Shown one piece after another: positions 24,266 through 34,600 of a DNA stretch of 64,000 bases. The stretch is from positions 1 to 64,000 of the forward strand of contig NW_026576285.1 of assembly GCF_028641065.1 (NCBI RefSeq), given 5' to 3'. Each line of letters starts with the position of its first letter. Position 1 is the stretch's first letter. The notes beneath the pieces are model-generated. The model searched no databases and had not been told where the DNA came from. It worked only from the letters and a program-made list of their open reading frames with translations. Origin of the DNA: Leucoraja erinacea. Lineage: Eukaryota. Both the position numbers and the translations under genes were made by a program.

Positions 24266-27142
24266 TTATACCAATGAACCTGCCTCCACCACTTCCACTG
24301 GGAGCTCATTCCACACCACCACCACTCTCTGCGTAAAGAAGTTCCCCCTCATATTACCCCTAAACTTCTGTCCCTTAATTCTGAAGTCATGTCCCCTTGT
24401 TTGAATCTTCCCTATTCTCAAAGGGAAAAGCTTGTCCACATCAACTCTGTCTATCCCTCTCATCATTTTAAAGACCTCTATCAGGTCCCCCCTTAACCTT
24501 CTGCGCTCCAGAGAATAAAGACCTAACTTATTCAACCTATCTCTGTAACTTAGTTGTTGAAACCCAGGCAACATTCTAGTAAATCTCCTCTGTACTCTCT
24601 CTATTTTGTTGACATCCTTCCTATAATTTGGCGACCAAAATTGTACCCCATACTCCAGATTTGGTCTCACCAATGCCTTGTACAATTTTAACATTACATC
24701 CCAGCTTCTATACTCAATGCTCTGATTTATAAAGGCTAGCATACCAAAAGCTTTCTTTACCACCCTATCTATATGAGATTCCACCTTCAAGGAACTATGC
24801 ACGGTTATACCCAAATCCCTCTGTTCAACTGTATTCTTCAATTCCCTACCATTTACCATGTACGTCCTATTTTGATTTGTCCTGCCAAGGTGTAGCACCT
24901 CACATTTATCAGCATTAAACTCCATCTGCCACCTTTCAGCCCATTTTTCCAAATGGCCTAAATCACTCTGTAGACTTTGGAAATCCTCTTCATTATCCAC
25001 AACACCCCCTATCTTAGTATCATCTGCATACTTACTAATCCAATTTACCACACCTTCATCCAGATCATTGATGTACATGACAAACAACAAAGGACCCAAC
25101 ACAGATCCCTGAGGCACCCCACTAGTCACCTGCCTCCAACCCGATAAACAGCCATCCACCATTACCCTCTGGCTTCTCCCATTCAGCCACTGTTGAATCC
25201 ATCTTGCTATTCCTGCATTTATACCCAACAGTTGAACCTTCTTAACCAACCTTCCATGAGGAACCTTGTCAAAGGCCTTACTAAAGTCCATATAGACAAC
25301 ATCCACTGCTTTACCCTCGTCAATTTCCCTAGTAACCTCTTCAAAAAATTCAAGAAGATTAGTCAAACATGACCTTCCAGGCACAAATCCATGTTGACTG
25401 TTCCTAATCAGACCCTGTTTATCTAGATGCTTATATATATTGTCTCTAAGTATCTTTTCCATTAATTTGCCCACCACTGAAGTCAAACTAACAGGTCTAT
25501 AATTGCTAGGTTTACTCTTAGAACCCTTTTTAAACAATGGAACAACATGCGCAGTACGCCAATCCTCGGGGACTATTCCCGTTTCTAATGACATTTGAAA
25601 TATTTCTGTCATAGCCCCGGCTATTTCTACACTAACTTCCCTCAATGTCCTAGGGAATATCCTGTCAGGACCTGGAGACTTATCCACTTTTATATTTTTC
25701 AAAAGTGTCAGTACTTCTTTTACTTTGAACCTCATAGTATCCATAGCTACTCTACTAGTTTCCCTTACCTCACATAATTCAATATCCTTCTCCTTGGTGA
25801 ATACCGAAGAAAAAAAATTGTTCAATATCTCCCCCATCTCTTTTGGCTCTGCAGATAGCTGTCCACTCTGTCTCTCCAATGGACCAATTTTATCCCTCGT
25901 TATCCTTTTGCTATTAATATAGCTGTAGAAACCCTTTGGATTGACTTTCACCTTACTTGCCAAAGCAACCTCATATCTTCTTTTAGCTTTTCTAATTTCT
26001 TTCTTAAGATTCTTTTTACATTCCTTATACTCCTCAAGCACCTCATTTACTTCATGCTGCCTATAATTATTGTAGATCTCCCTCTTTTTCCGAACAAGAT
26101 GTCCAATTTCCCTTGAAAACCAGGGCTCTTTCCAATTTTTACTGTTTCCTTTCAACCGAACAGGAACATAAAGATTCTGTACTCTTAAAATTTCCCCTTT
26201 AAATGTCCTCCATTTCTCTTCTACATCTTTCCCATAAAACAAAATGTCCCAGTTCACTCCTTTTAAATCATCTCGCATCGCATCAAAGTTAGCCTTTCTC
26301 CAATCAAAAATCTCAACCCTAGGTCCAGTTCTGACCCTCTCCATAATTATCTTGAAACTAATGGTATTGTGATCACTGGACCCGAAGTGCTCCCCAACGC
26401 ATACCTCCGCCACCTGTCCCATCTCATTTCCTAACAGGAGGTCCAGCACTGCCCCTCCTCTAGTAGGTACCTCTATGTATTGCTGCAAAAAACTATCCTG
26501 CACACATTTTACAAACTCCAACCCATCCAGCCCATTTACAGAATGTGTTTCCCAGTCTATGTGTGGAAAGTTGAAATCTCCCACAATCACTACCTTGTGC
26601 TTACTACTAATATCTGCTATCTCCTTACATATTTGCTCTTCCAATTCTCGTTCCCCATTTGGCGGTCTATAATACACCCCTATAAGAGTTGCTGCACCTT
26701 TCCCACTTCTCAATTCCACCCAAATAGCCTCCCTAGATGAGCCCTCCAATCTATCCTGCCAAAGCACTGCTGTAATATCTTCCCTGACTAGCAATGCAAC
26801 ACCTCCACCTCTTGCCCCTCCAATTCTATCACACCTGAAGCAGCGAAATCCTGGAATATTTAGTTTCCAATCACAGCCCTCCTGCAACCACGTTTCACTG
26901 ATCGCCACAACATCATACTTCCAGGTGTCTATCCAGACTCTAAGCTCATCAACCTTTCTTACAATGCTCCTAGCATTAAAATATGCACATTTAAGAAAAC
27001 CCCCGTCTCTTATTCTCTGTTTATTTCCTTTTTTTTCTTTCTCCTCTTGTGTCCGAGTGCTTCCCATTTCTGCTTCCTGCCTCCCATTCTGTCTACTACC
27101 TTTCGCTATTTGAGTCCCTCGCCCCAACCATTCTAGTTTAAA
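24266..27142 (-). CDS. CR1 ORF2 (APE endonuclease + reverse transcriptase)
   Basis: Motifs NARS, ISETWL, GDFN, SDH, KSPGPD, QHGF, DFSKAFD, PQGS and YADD. The frame is open across the ORF1 stop and ends in a late premature TAA. Confidence 0.93.
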   Translation of the reverse strand, partial: FKLEWLGRGTQIAKGSRQNGRQEAEMGSTRTQEEKEKKGNKQRIRDGGFLKCAYFNARSIVRKVDELRVWIDTWKYDVVAISETWLQEGCDWKLNIPGFRCFRCDRIGGARGGGVALLVREDITAVLWQDRLEGSSREAIWVELRSGKGAATLIGVYYRPPNGERELEEQICKEIADISSKHKVVIVGDFNFPHIDWETHSVNGLDGLEFVKCVQDSFLQQYIEVPTRGGAVLDLLLGNEMGQVAEVCVGEHFGSSDHNTISFKIIMERVRTGPRVEIFDWRKANFDAMRDDLKGVNWDILFYGKDVEEKWRTFKGEILRVQNLYVPVRLKGNSKNWKEPWFSREIGHLVRKKREIYNNYRQHEVNEVLEEYKECKKNLKKEIRKAKRRYEVALASKVKVNPKGFYSYINSKRITRDKIGPLERQSGQLSAEPKEMGEILNNFFSSVFTKEKDIELCEVRETSRVAMDTMRFKVKEVLTLLKNIKVDKSPGPDRIFPRTLREVSVEIAGAMTEIFQMSLETGIVPEDWRTAHVVPLFKKGSKSKPSNYRPVSLTSVVGKLMEKILRDNIYKHLDKQGLIRNSQHGFVPGRSCLTNLLEFFEEVTREIDEGKAVDVVYMDFSKAFDKVPHGRLVKKVQLLGINAGIARWIQQWLNGRSQRVMVDGCLSGWRQVTSGVPQGSVLGPLLFVMYINDLDEGVVNWISKYADDTKIGGVVDNEEDFQSLQSDLGHLEKWAERWQMEFNADKCEVLHLGRTNQNRTYMVNGRELKNTVEQRDLGITVHSSLKVESHIDRVVKKAFGMLAFINQSIEYRSWDVMLKLYKALVRPNLEYGVQFWSPNYRKDVNKIERVQRRFTRMLPGFQQLSYRDRLNKLGLYSLERRRLRGDLIEVFKMMRGIDRVDVDKLFPLRIGKIQTRGHDFRIKGQKFRGNMRGNFFTQRVVVVWNELPVEVVEAGSLV

Positions 27143-28065
27143 GTCTCCCCAGCTGCCTTTGCAAATTTCCCCGCTAGGATATTGGTCCCCCTCGGGTTCA
27201 AGTGCAACCCATCCTTGCTGTACAGGTCCCACCTTCCCCAAAAGAAGTCCCAATGATCCAGGAACTTGAATCCCTGCCCTCTGCACCAGTCTTTCAGCCA
27301 CGCATTTATCCTCCACCTCGCTCCATTCCTACTCTCACTGTCGCGTGGCACAGGCAGTAATCCTGATATGGTTACCTTTTTGGTCCTTTTTTTTAACTCT
27401 CCTCCCAACTCCCTAAATCCTCCCTTCAGGACCTCTTCCCTTTTTTTTCCTATGTCATTGGTACCTATATGTACCACGACCTCAGGCTCCTCTCCCTCTG
27501 ATTTAAGGATATCTTGGATGCGTTGAGTCACGTCCGAGACCTTGGCACCAGGGAGGCAGACCACCATCCTGGTCTCCCGACTGCGTCCACAGAATCGCCT
27601 ATCCGACCCCCTAACAATAGAGTCCCCAATTACTATGGCCCTCTTTTTTTCCCTAGCTTTTGGAGCAACAGGGCCGGTCTCTGTGCTGGAGGCCCGTCCG
27701 CTGTCACTACCCCCGGGTAGGCTGTCACCCCCATCTGTACTCAAACAGGAGTACTTATTTGCGAGGTGTACCGACATTGGAGTACTCACTCGTTCCTGCC
27801 TCTGCCCCTTGCCCTTCCTTAACGTGACCCACATGTCTCTCTCCCGTGGTTTTGGTGTGACCACCTCTCTATAACTCCCCTCTATGACCTCCTCACTCTC
27901 CCTGATCAGAGCGAGGTCATCGAGCTGCTGCTCCAGGATCCTAATACGGTCCCTTAGGAGCCCCATCTCGCTGCACCTGGTGCAGATGTGGACGTCTGGA
28001 AGGCCATCCGACACCATGACCTCCCACATCTGACATCCAGAACAGTATACTGCTCTGACTGTCAT
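27133..28065 (-). CDS. CR1 ORF1 (zinc finger / coiled coil + SGNH esterase)
   Basis: CxxC...CxxC, a leucine zipper, and the motifs IGDS, PGA, HIGTND and DGLH. 310 aa, intact. Confidence 0.93.
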   Translation of the reverse strand: MTVRAVYCSGCQMWEVMVSDGLPDVHICTRCSEMGLLRDRIRILEQQLDDLALIRESEEVIEGSYREVVTPKPRERDMWVTLRKGKGQRQERVSTPMSVHLANKYSCLSTDGGDSLPGGSDSGRASSTETGPVAPKAREKKRAIVIGDSIVRGSDRRFCGRSRETRMVVCLPGAKVSDVTQRIQDILKSEGEEPEVVVHIGTNDIGKKREEVLKGGFRELGGELKKRTKKVTISGLLPVPRDSESRNGARWRINAWLKDWCRGQGFKFLDHWDFFWGRWDLYSKDGLHLNPRGTNILAGKFAKAAGETLN

Positions 28066-28424
28066 TCTCCCGCCTTACCCTGGATCTGATACCAGTATAA
28101 CACAATAGAAACTGCTGGGAGAAATCAGCAGGTATCTGACTCACAACAGCTGCTCCCTCGTGACCTTTAAACTGCACCTTTATTATATAAACAAAAAGCA
28201 CTGTACCTTTAGCCCACTGTACCCTTGGCTCACTGTACCTTTACTAAAGAACTGCACCTTTAACCCACTGTACCTTAACTAAAGCACTGCCCCTTTAACC
28301 AGAAAGCACAAATGCTAACCTGAGGTTGCACCCAATCAGCTGCTTCCTCTAGTCTGCTTCCACCAATCAGCGGCTTCCACCAGAACCCTCACTATGGAGT
28401 GTGGAACGTTACGGATTTTGGTAA

Positions 28425-28620
28425 GCCCTGACCCTCCTCCACTGTTCACCAACGGTCCTGGGCCTCTGTGAAAACAAGCCCCGCGCCCGATTTATATACT
28501 CACCGCCCTGACCCTCCTCCACTGTTCACCAACGGTCCTGGGCCTCTGTGAAAACAAGCCCCGCGCCCGATTTATATACTCACCGCCCTGACCCTCCTCC
28601 ACTGCTCACCAACGGTCCTT
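28425..28620 (-). repeat. 80-bp tandem monomers, CR1 5' UTR (~2.4 copies)
   Basis: gccctgaccctcctcc recurs at 80-bp intervals (about 28425, 28505 and 28585). Confidence 0.9.
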
Positions 28621-29229
28621 ATTAATTCCAATAAGAAACATCACAAACATTGATAGCTGAATACTAAGTAATAATGTTGTCATTAATGGTCCCCCTCCCA
28701 TTGGTATGGAACATTTTTATTTTTCAGCTTAAAATTGTGCAATATGGTGCATACTGTAGCGAGTCTTTTAACTTACACTTGAATGCAATGTATATGCTTT
28801 AAATTGTATTGGAGCATTTTTGAAAGGGGGGAGGCTGTGCAATCACTGATCACTGGCCTTGGGGGTACCCAGTGAGGGAGTGGAGCAACTGAGTGGGGAG
28901 AGGGTGTGGAAGAAGGTTGTCCCCCCTCCCAGGGTAGGAACTTTTTGAAATTTGATGTATTATAATCATGTTTTAGTGCACTGTAGAAGTATGATTTCAA
29001 TGTTTTTTGTATGAGGTATTTTTAAGAGGTAACTTTTTAAGGGGTAACTTTATCCACACAAAGGGTCCACACGTGTCAATTGGCCTGCACTGCCTTGTGG
29101 CAGAGAATTCCGCAGATTCACAACTCTCTGCGTGAAGAAAGTTTGTTCTCATCTCAGTCCTATTCTTATTCTTTAACTGTGACCCATGGTTCTGAACGCC
29201 CACAACATCGGGAACATTTTTCCTGCAGT

Positions 29230-29731
29230 TACAGTAAGTGAAAATCTAGCAGGCAAGCAGGATGCTTTCACCAACCACCCCAATTTGAAGTCCACTATCT
29301 TCCACTGTATCTATCCAGTGCTTGGTACTTACTTCCAGCAGCCACTGGTTGTCCTCCAGGATGCACCGAGCCCCAGCCTGATCCATGCCGGTCACCTGGG
29401 TGAATTCGGCACAGAGACTCTCACGGCAGCAGCGCAACGCTTCGCCGCCTCCGACGGCCCAGGACTCTTGCACTGAGGCTGCTCCATGGCCGGAGCTGCA
29501 ATGAGCAACTCGCCAGCCGGCAAACACTCGCCAGCCCCCGCTACCCGTCCGCATCTGTCCCCGCCGCTGCTTCTGCGTTCAACACCTGCGACCCATGCAG
29601 TTGATATGAGTTTTGACATTTTCGTTGATCACAGAATTTCTCACAACAGAGCGAGAGAAATTTGTGATCACCGTGAGAATTTGGTGAAATGCGTGATTCT
29701 CACGCTCAATGCATGGGAGTTGGCAGCCCTG
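29230..29731 (-). mobile_element. hAT-like DNA transposon end carrying the TDP2-like fragment (copy 1)
   Basis: Minus-strand terminus CAGGGCTGCCAACTCCCATGCATTGAGCGTGAGA with repeated TCACGC/GCGTGA subterminal motifs. The opposite TIR was not found. Confidence 0.55.
29333..29487 (-). pseudogene. TDP2: TDP2-like exon 1 fragment (UBA-like N-terminus), frameshifted
   Basis: GCCATGG start gives MEQPQCKSPGPSEAAKRC. After a frameshift it reads RESLCAEFTQVTGMDQAGARCILEDNQWLLE|GTAAGT, resembling TDP2 LCxEFxxVxxxDxAxAxCxLxxNxWxxE with a phase-0 donor. The exon is 155 nt, not a multiple of 3, and no downstream exons were seen. Confidence 0.72.
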
Positions 29732-30393
29732 CCTCTCTATCTCCCTCTCCCTCGTCCCCTTCTCTCTCCCCCTCTCTCTCACCCCTCCCCCTCCCCTCTC
29801 TCCCCTGTCTCACCCCTCTCCCCTTCCCCCTCTATTCTCTCTCCCCCCTCTCTCTCCCCCCACTCTCTCCCCACTCTCTCTCTCCCCCCTCGCTCTCTTC
29901 TCTCTATCTCCCTCCCACCTCACTCTCCTCCTCTCTCGTCCCTCTCTCCTCTCACTCTCCCCCTCTCTCTCGTCCCCTCTCTCCCTTCTCCTCCCCCCAA
30001 CTCTCTCTCCCCTCTCTTTCCCCTAACTCTCTCTCCCCTCTTTCCCCTAACTCACTCCCCCCTCTCTCTCCCCCCCTCTCTTTCTTCTCTCTCCCCCTCT
30101 TCTCTCTCTCTCTCTCTTTCTCCCTCTCTATCTCTCCCTCTCTACACAATCTCCCCTCTCTCTCTGNNNNNNNNNNNNNNNNNNNNNNNNNNNNNNNNNN
30201 NNNNNNNNNNNNNNNNNNNNNNNNNNNNNNNNNNNNNNNNNNNNNNNNNNNNNNNNNNNNNNNNNNNNNNNNNNNNNNNNNNNNNNNNNNNNNNNNNNNN
30301 NNNNNNNNNNNNNNNNNNNNNNNNNNNNNNNNNNNNNNNNNNNNNNNNNNNNNNNNNNNNNNNNNNNNNNNNNNTCTCTCTCCCCCCCTCTCC

Positions 30394-30450
<57 letters not shown>

Positions 30451-30500
30451 TCACCCCCCCCCCCCTCCCTGTCTCATTACCCCCTCCCACTCTCCACCAC
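29732..30500. repeat. CT-rich/poly-C low-complexity tract containing an assembly gap (N at 30167-30374)
   Basis: Seen directly in the sequence. Confidence 0.95.
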
Positions 30501-30504
30501 CCCC

Positions 30505-30825
30505 TGGGAGCTTCCGACGGCCCGTGACTTGCACTGTCCAGAGTGCTCCATGGCCAGAGCTGCAGTGAGCGACTCGTCAGCGCCGCAAGCACTCGACAGT
30601 CCCGGCTCCCCGCATCTGTTCCCGCCACTGGTTCTGCTCCCATCCCTCCCGCAGCCCCGGATCTCCAACACCCGCGGACCCTGCAGTTTATCCGAGTTTT
30701 GAAATTTTCGTTGATCACAAAATTTCTCACCGCTGAGTGTGAGAAATATCTGATCAGTGTGAGGGCGTGAGAGTTTGCTTGAGGGTGTGAGTCTCACACT
30801 CAAAGCGTGAGAGTTGGCAGCCCTG
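30505..30825 (-). mobile_element. hAT-like DNA transposon end with truncated TDP2-like 5' segment (copy 2)
   Basis: Terminus CAGGGCTGCCAACTCTCACGC. Colinear but diverged relative to 29445-29731, including GCCATGGAG at 30551 (MEHSGQCKS). Confidence 0.55.
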
Positions 30826-31611
30826 GATACCCCATCTAAGCTAGTCCCATTTACCCTGCAATGGGTAGAAACTGTATCACTGAAACCTTTCCCATGCAGT
30901 GTCTTTTAAATATTGTTATTGTACCTGCCCAACTGCATTATCTGGAAGGTCATTCCATATGCTGACCACTCTCTGAGCTCAAAGATTGCTCCCCAAGTTC
31001 CAATTAAATCTTCCCCCTCTCACAATAAACCCATGTCCTCTGGTAATTTATTCCCCTTCTCCCGGTAAAAGGCTCGGTGCATACACTATCAATTCCCCTC
31101 ATGATTTTAAAACACCCCTATATGATCACCCTTAGCCTCCTGTGCTCCATGGAATAAAGCCCTGGCTTGCCCAATCTCTCCCTCTTGTTCACACCCTGGA
31201 GCCCCGGCAATATGCTCATAAATCTCATAAACATAACAATGTTGCAGATAATATGGGCACCATGATTAATGCAAATAAAAAAATCTTATTTTTGAAGGCA
31301 ATATGATTCGATAAACATGGTTCAATGAATCTGACGATAATCCCATCAATGTCATTCACATTAATTCACATGTAATTTGAAAATAATAATAAATATTGCA
31401 AGAAAATATAATAATAAATATTGCATGGAAAATTGATAGAAATTATGCACAGCGCATAATATTTTGAGGTATTGTACACACCTTAACCTGTCCCAGGGTT
31501 AAAGATTAAATATAATTTGTATAATGTGTAACCAAAGAGGTAACAAAAAGCAATGTTTTAAAAAATAATTAATCATGAATCAGTGGTCATAATGAATACC
31601 CAAGGCATGAC

Positions 31612-34600
31612 AATAGACAACAGGTGCAGGAGTAGGCCATTCGGCCCTTCGAGCCAGCACCGCCATTCAATGTGATCATGGCTGATCGTCCCCAATCAGT
31701 ACCCCGTTCCTGCCTTCTCCCCATATCCCCCCGACTCTGCTATTTTTAAGAGCCCTGTCTAGCTCTCTCTTCAAAGCATCCAGAGAACCTGCCTCCACTG
31801 CCCTCTGAGCAAGAGAATTCCACAGACTCACCACTCTCTGTGAGAAAAAGTGTTTCCTTGTCTCCCTTCTAAACGGCTTACTCCTTATTCTTAAACGGTG
31901 GCCCCTGGTTTTGGACTCCCCCAACATCGGGATCATGTTTCCTGCCTCAAGCTTGTCCAAACCCTTAACAACCTTATATGTTTCAATGAGATGCCCTCTC
32001 ATCCTTCTAAACTCCAGAGTGCACAAGCCCAGCTGCTCCATTCCCTCAGCATATGACAGTCCCGCCATCCCAGGAAATAACCTTGTAAACCTATGCTGCA
32101 CTCCCTCAATAGCAAGAATGTCCTTCCTCAAATTAGGGGACCAAAACTGCACACAATACTCCAGGTGTGGTCTCACTTGGGATCTATTTGCTCCTATTAT
32201 CGACTCCTCTTGTTATAATGGCCATTCACTTTCTTCACTGCCTGCTGTTCATGCATGCTTACTTTCATAGACTAATGTACAAGGACCCCCAGATCCCGTT
32301 GTACTTCCCCTTTTCCCATCTTGACGCCATTTAGATAATAAACTGCCTTCCTGTTTTTGTTACCAAAGTGCATAACCTCACATTTATCCGCATTAAACTT
32401 CATATGCCATGCATCTGCCCACACCCCTAACCTGTCCAAGTCACCCTGCATTCTCATAGCATCCTCCTCACAGTACACATTGCCACCCAGATTTGTGTCA
32501 TCTGCAACTTTGCTAATGTTACTTTAACCATATAACCATATAACAATTACAGCACGGAAACAGGCCATCTCGACCCTTCTAGTCCGTGCCGAACACATAA
32601 TTTCCCCTAGTCCCATATACCTGCGCTCAGACCATAACCCTCCATACCTTTCCCATCCATATAACTATCCAATTTATTTTTAAATGATAAAAACGAACCT
32701 GCCTTCACCACCTTCACTGGAAGCTCATTCCACACAGCCACCACTCCACCACCACCACCATTTGATTTGTCCTGCCAAGATGTAGCACCTCACACTTATC
32801 AGCATTAAACTCCATCTGCCATCTTTCAGCCCACTCTTCCCTTCCCTTGAATCCCTTCATCCAAATCATTGATGTATATTGTAAATAGCTGCGGTCCCAG
32901 CACCGAGCCTTGCTGTACCCCACTAGTCACTGCCTGCCATTCTGAAAGGGACCCGTTAATCCCTACTCTTTGTTTCCTGTCTGCCAACCGCTTGCCTATC
33001 CATGTCAGCACTCTACCTCCAATACCATGTGCCCTAATTTTGCCCACTAATCTCCTATGTGGGACCATATAATAACCATTTAACAATTACAGCACGGAAA
33101 CAGGCCATCTCGACCCTTCTAGTCCGTGCCGAAAACGTATTCTCCACTAGTCCCATACACCTACCTTCAGACCATAACCCTCCATACCTTTCCCGTCCAT
33201 ATAACTATCCAATTTATTTTTAAATTATAAAAACGAACCTGCCTTCACCACCTTCACTGGAAGCTCATTCCACACAGCGACCACTCTCTGAGTAAAGAAG
33301 TTCCCCCTCATGTTACCCCTAAATTTCTGTCCCTTAATTCTCAAGTCATGTCCCCTTGTTTGAATCTTCCCTACTCTCAATGGGAAAAGCTTATCCACGT
33401 CAACTCTGTCTATCCCTCTCATCATTTTAAAGACCTCTATCAAGTCCCCCCTCAACCTTCTGCGCTTCAAAGAATAAAGCCCTAACTTGTTCAACCTTTC
33501 TCTGTAACTTAGTTGCTGAAACCCAGGCAACATTCTAGTAAATCTCCTCTGTACTCTCTCTATTTTGTTGACATCTTTCCTATAACTAGGTGACCAAAAT
33601 TGTACACCATACTCCAAAATTGGCCTCACCAATGCCTTGTACAATTTTAACATTACATCCCAACTTCTATACTCAATGCTCTGATTTATAAAGGGCAGCA
33701 CACCAAAGGCTTTCTTTACCACCCTATCTACATGAGATTCCACTTTCAGGGAACTGTGCACAGTTATTCCCAGATCCCTCTGTTCAACTGCATTCTTCAA
33801 TTCCCTACCATTTACCATGTACGTCCTATTTTGATTTGTCCTGCCAAGATGTAGCACCTCACACTTATCAGCATTAAACTCCATCTGCCATCTTTCAGCC
33901 CACTCTTCCAACTGGCATAAATCTCTCTGTAGACTTTGAAAATCTACTTCATTATCCACAACCCCTCCTATCTTAGTGTCATCTGCATACTTATTAATCC
34001 AATTTACCACACCATCATCCAGATCATTGATGTACATGACAAACAGCAGTGGACCCAACACAGATCCCTGTGGCACCCCACTAGTCACTGGCCTCCAACC
34101 TGACAAACAACCATCCACCATTACTCTCTGGCATCTCCCATTCAGCCACTGTTGAATCCATCTTGCTACTCCTCCATTAATCCCCAACCATTGAACCTTC
34201 TTAACCAACCTTCCGCGAGGAACCTTGTCAAAGGCCTTACTGAAGTCCATATATACAACATCCACTGCTTTACCCTCATCAATTTCCCGAGTAACCTTTT
34301 AAAAAAATTCAAGAAGATTAGTCAAACATGATCTTCTAGGCACAAATCCATGTTGACTGTTCCTAATCAGACCCTGTTTATTATATATTATCTCTAAGTA
34401 TCCTTTCCATTAATTTGCCCACCACTGACGTCAAACTAACAGGTCTATAATTGCTAGGTTTACTCTTAGACCCCTTTTTAAACAATGGAACAACATGCGC
34501 AGTACGCCAATCCTCCGGCACTATCCCGTTTCTAATGACATTTGAAATATTTCTGTCATAGCCCCTGCTATTTCTACACTAACTTCCCACAATGTCCTAG

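Larger units (their letters stand above)
24105..28620 (-). mobile_element. Near full-length CR1 LINE (family A)
   Basis: 5' UTR with 80-bp tandem monomers, ORF1, ORF2 (EN+RT), and a 3' tail ending in (TTATATGG)n. Confidence 0.96.

Noticed and set aside
27143-27316. ORF2 start at 27316 (MEDKCV...)
   Set aside because: Non-ATG start inside the ORF1 esterase coding region. It only shows that the -1 frame is open there.
29333-29487. Productive TDP2-class I chimeric protein by splicing to alpha2
   Set aside because: The ATG frame stops at 29392, and the ancestral phase-0 donor is incompatible with the phase-1 alpha2 acceptor.
29486-30730. Long Pro/Ser/Leu-rich ORFs
   Set aside because: Translations of CT-rich low-complexity DNA running through an N gap.
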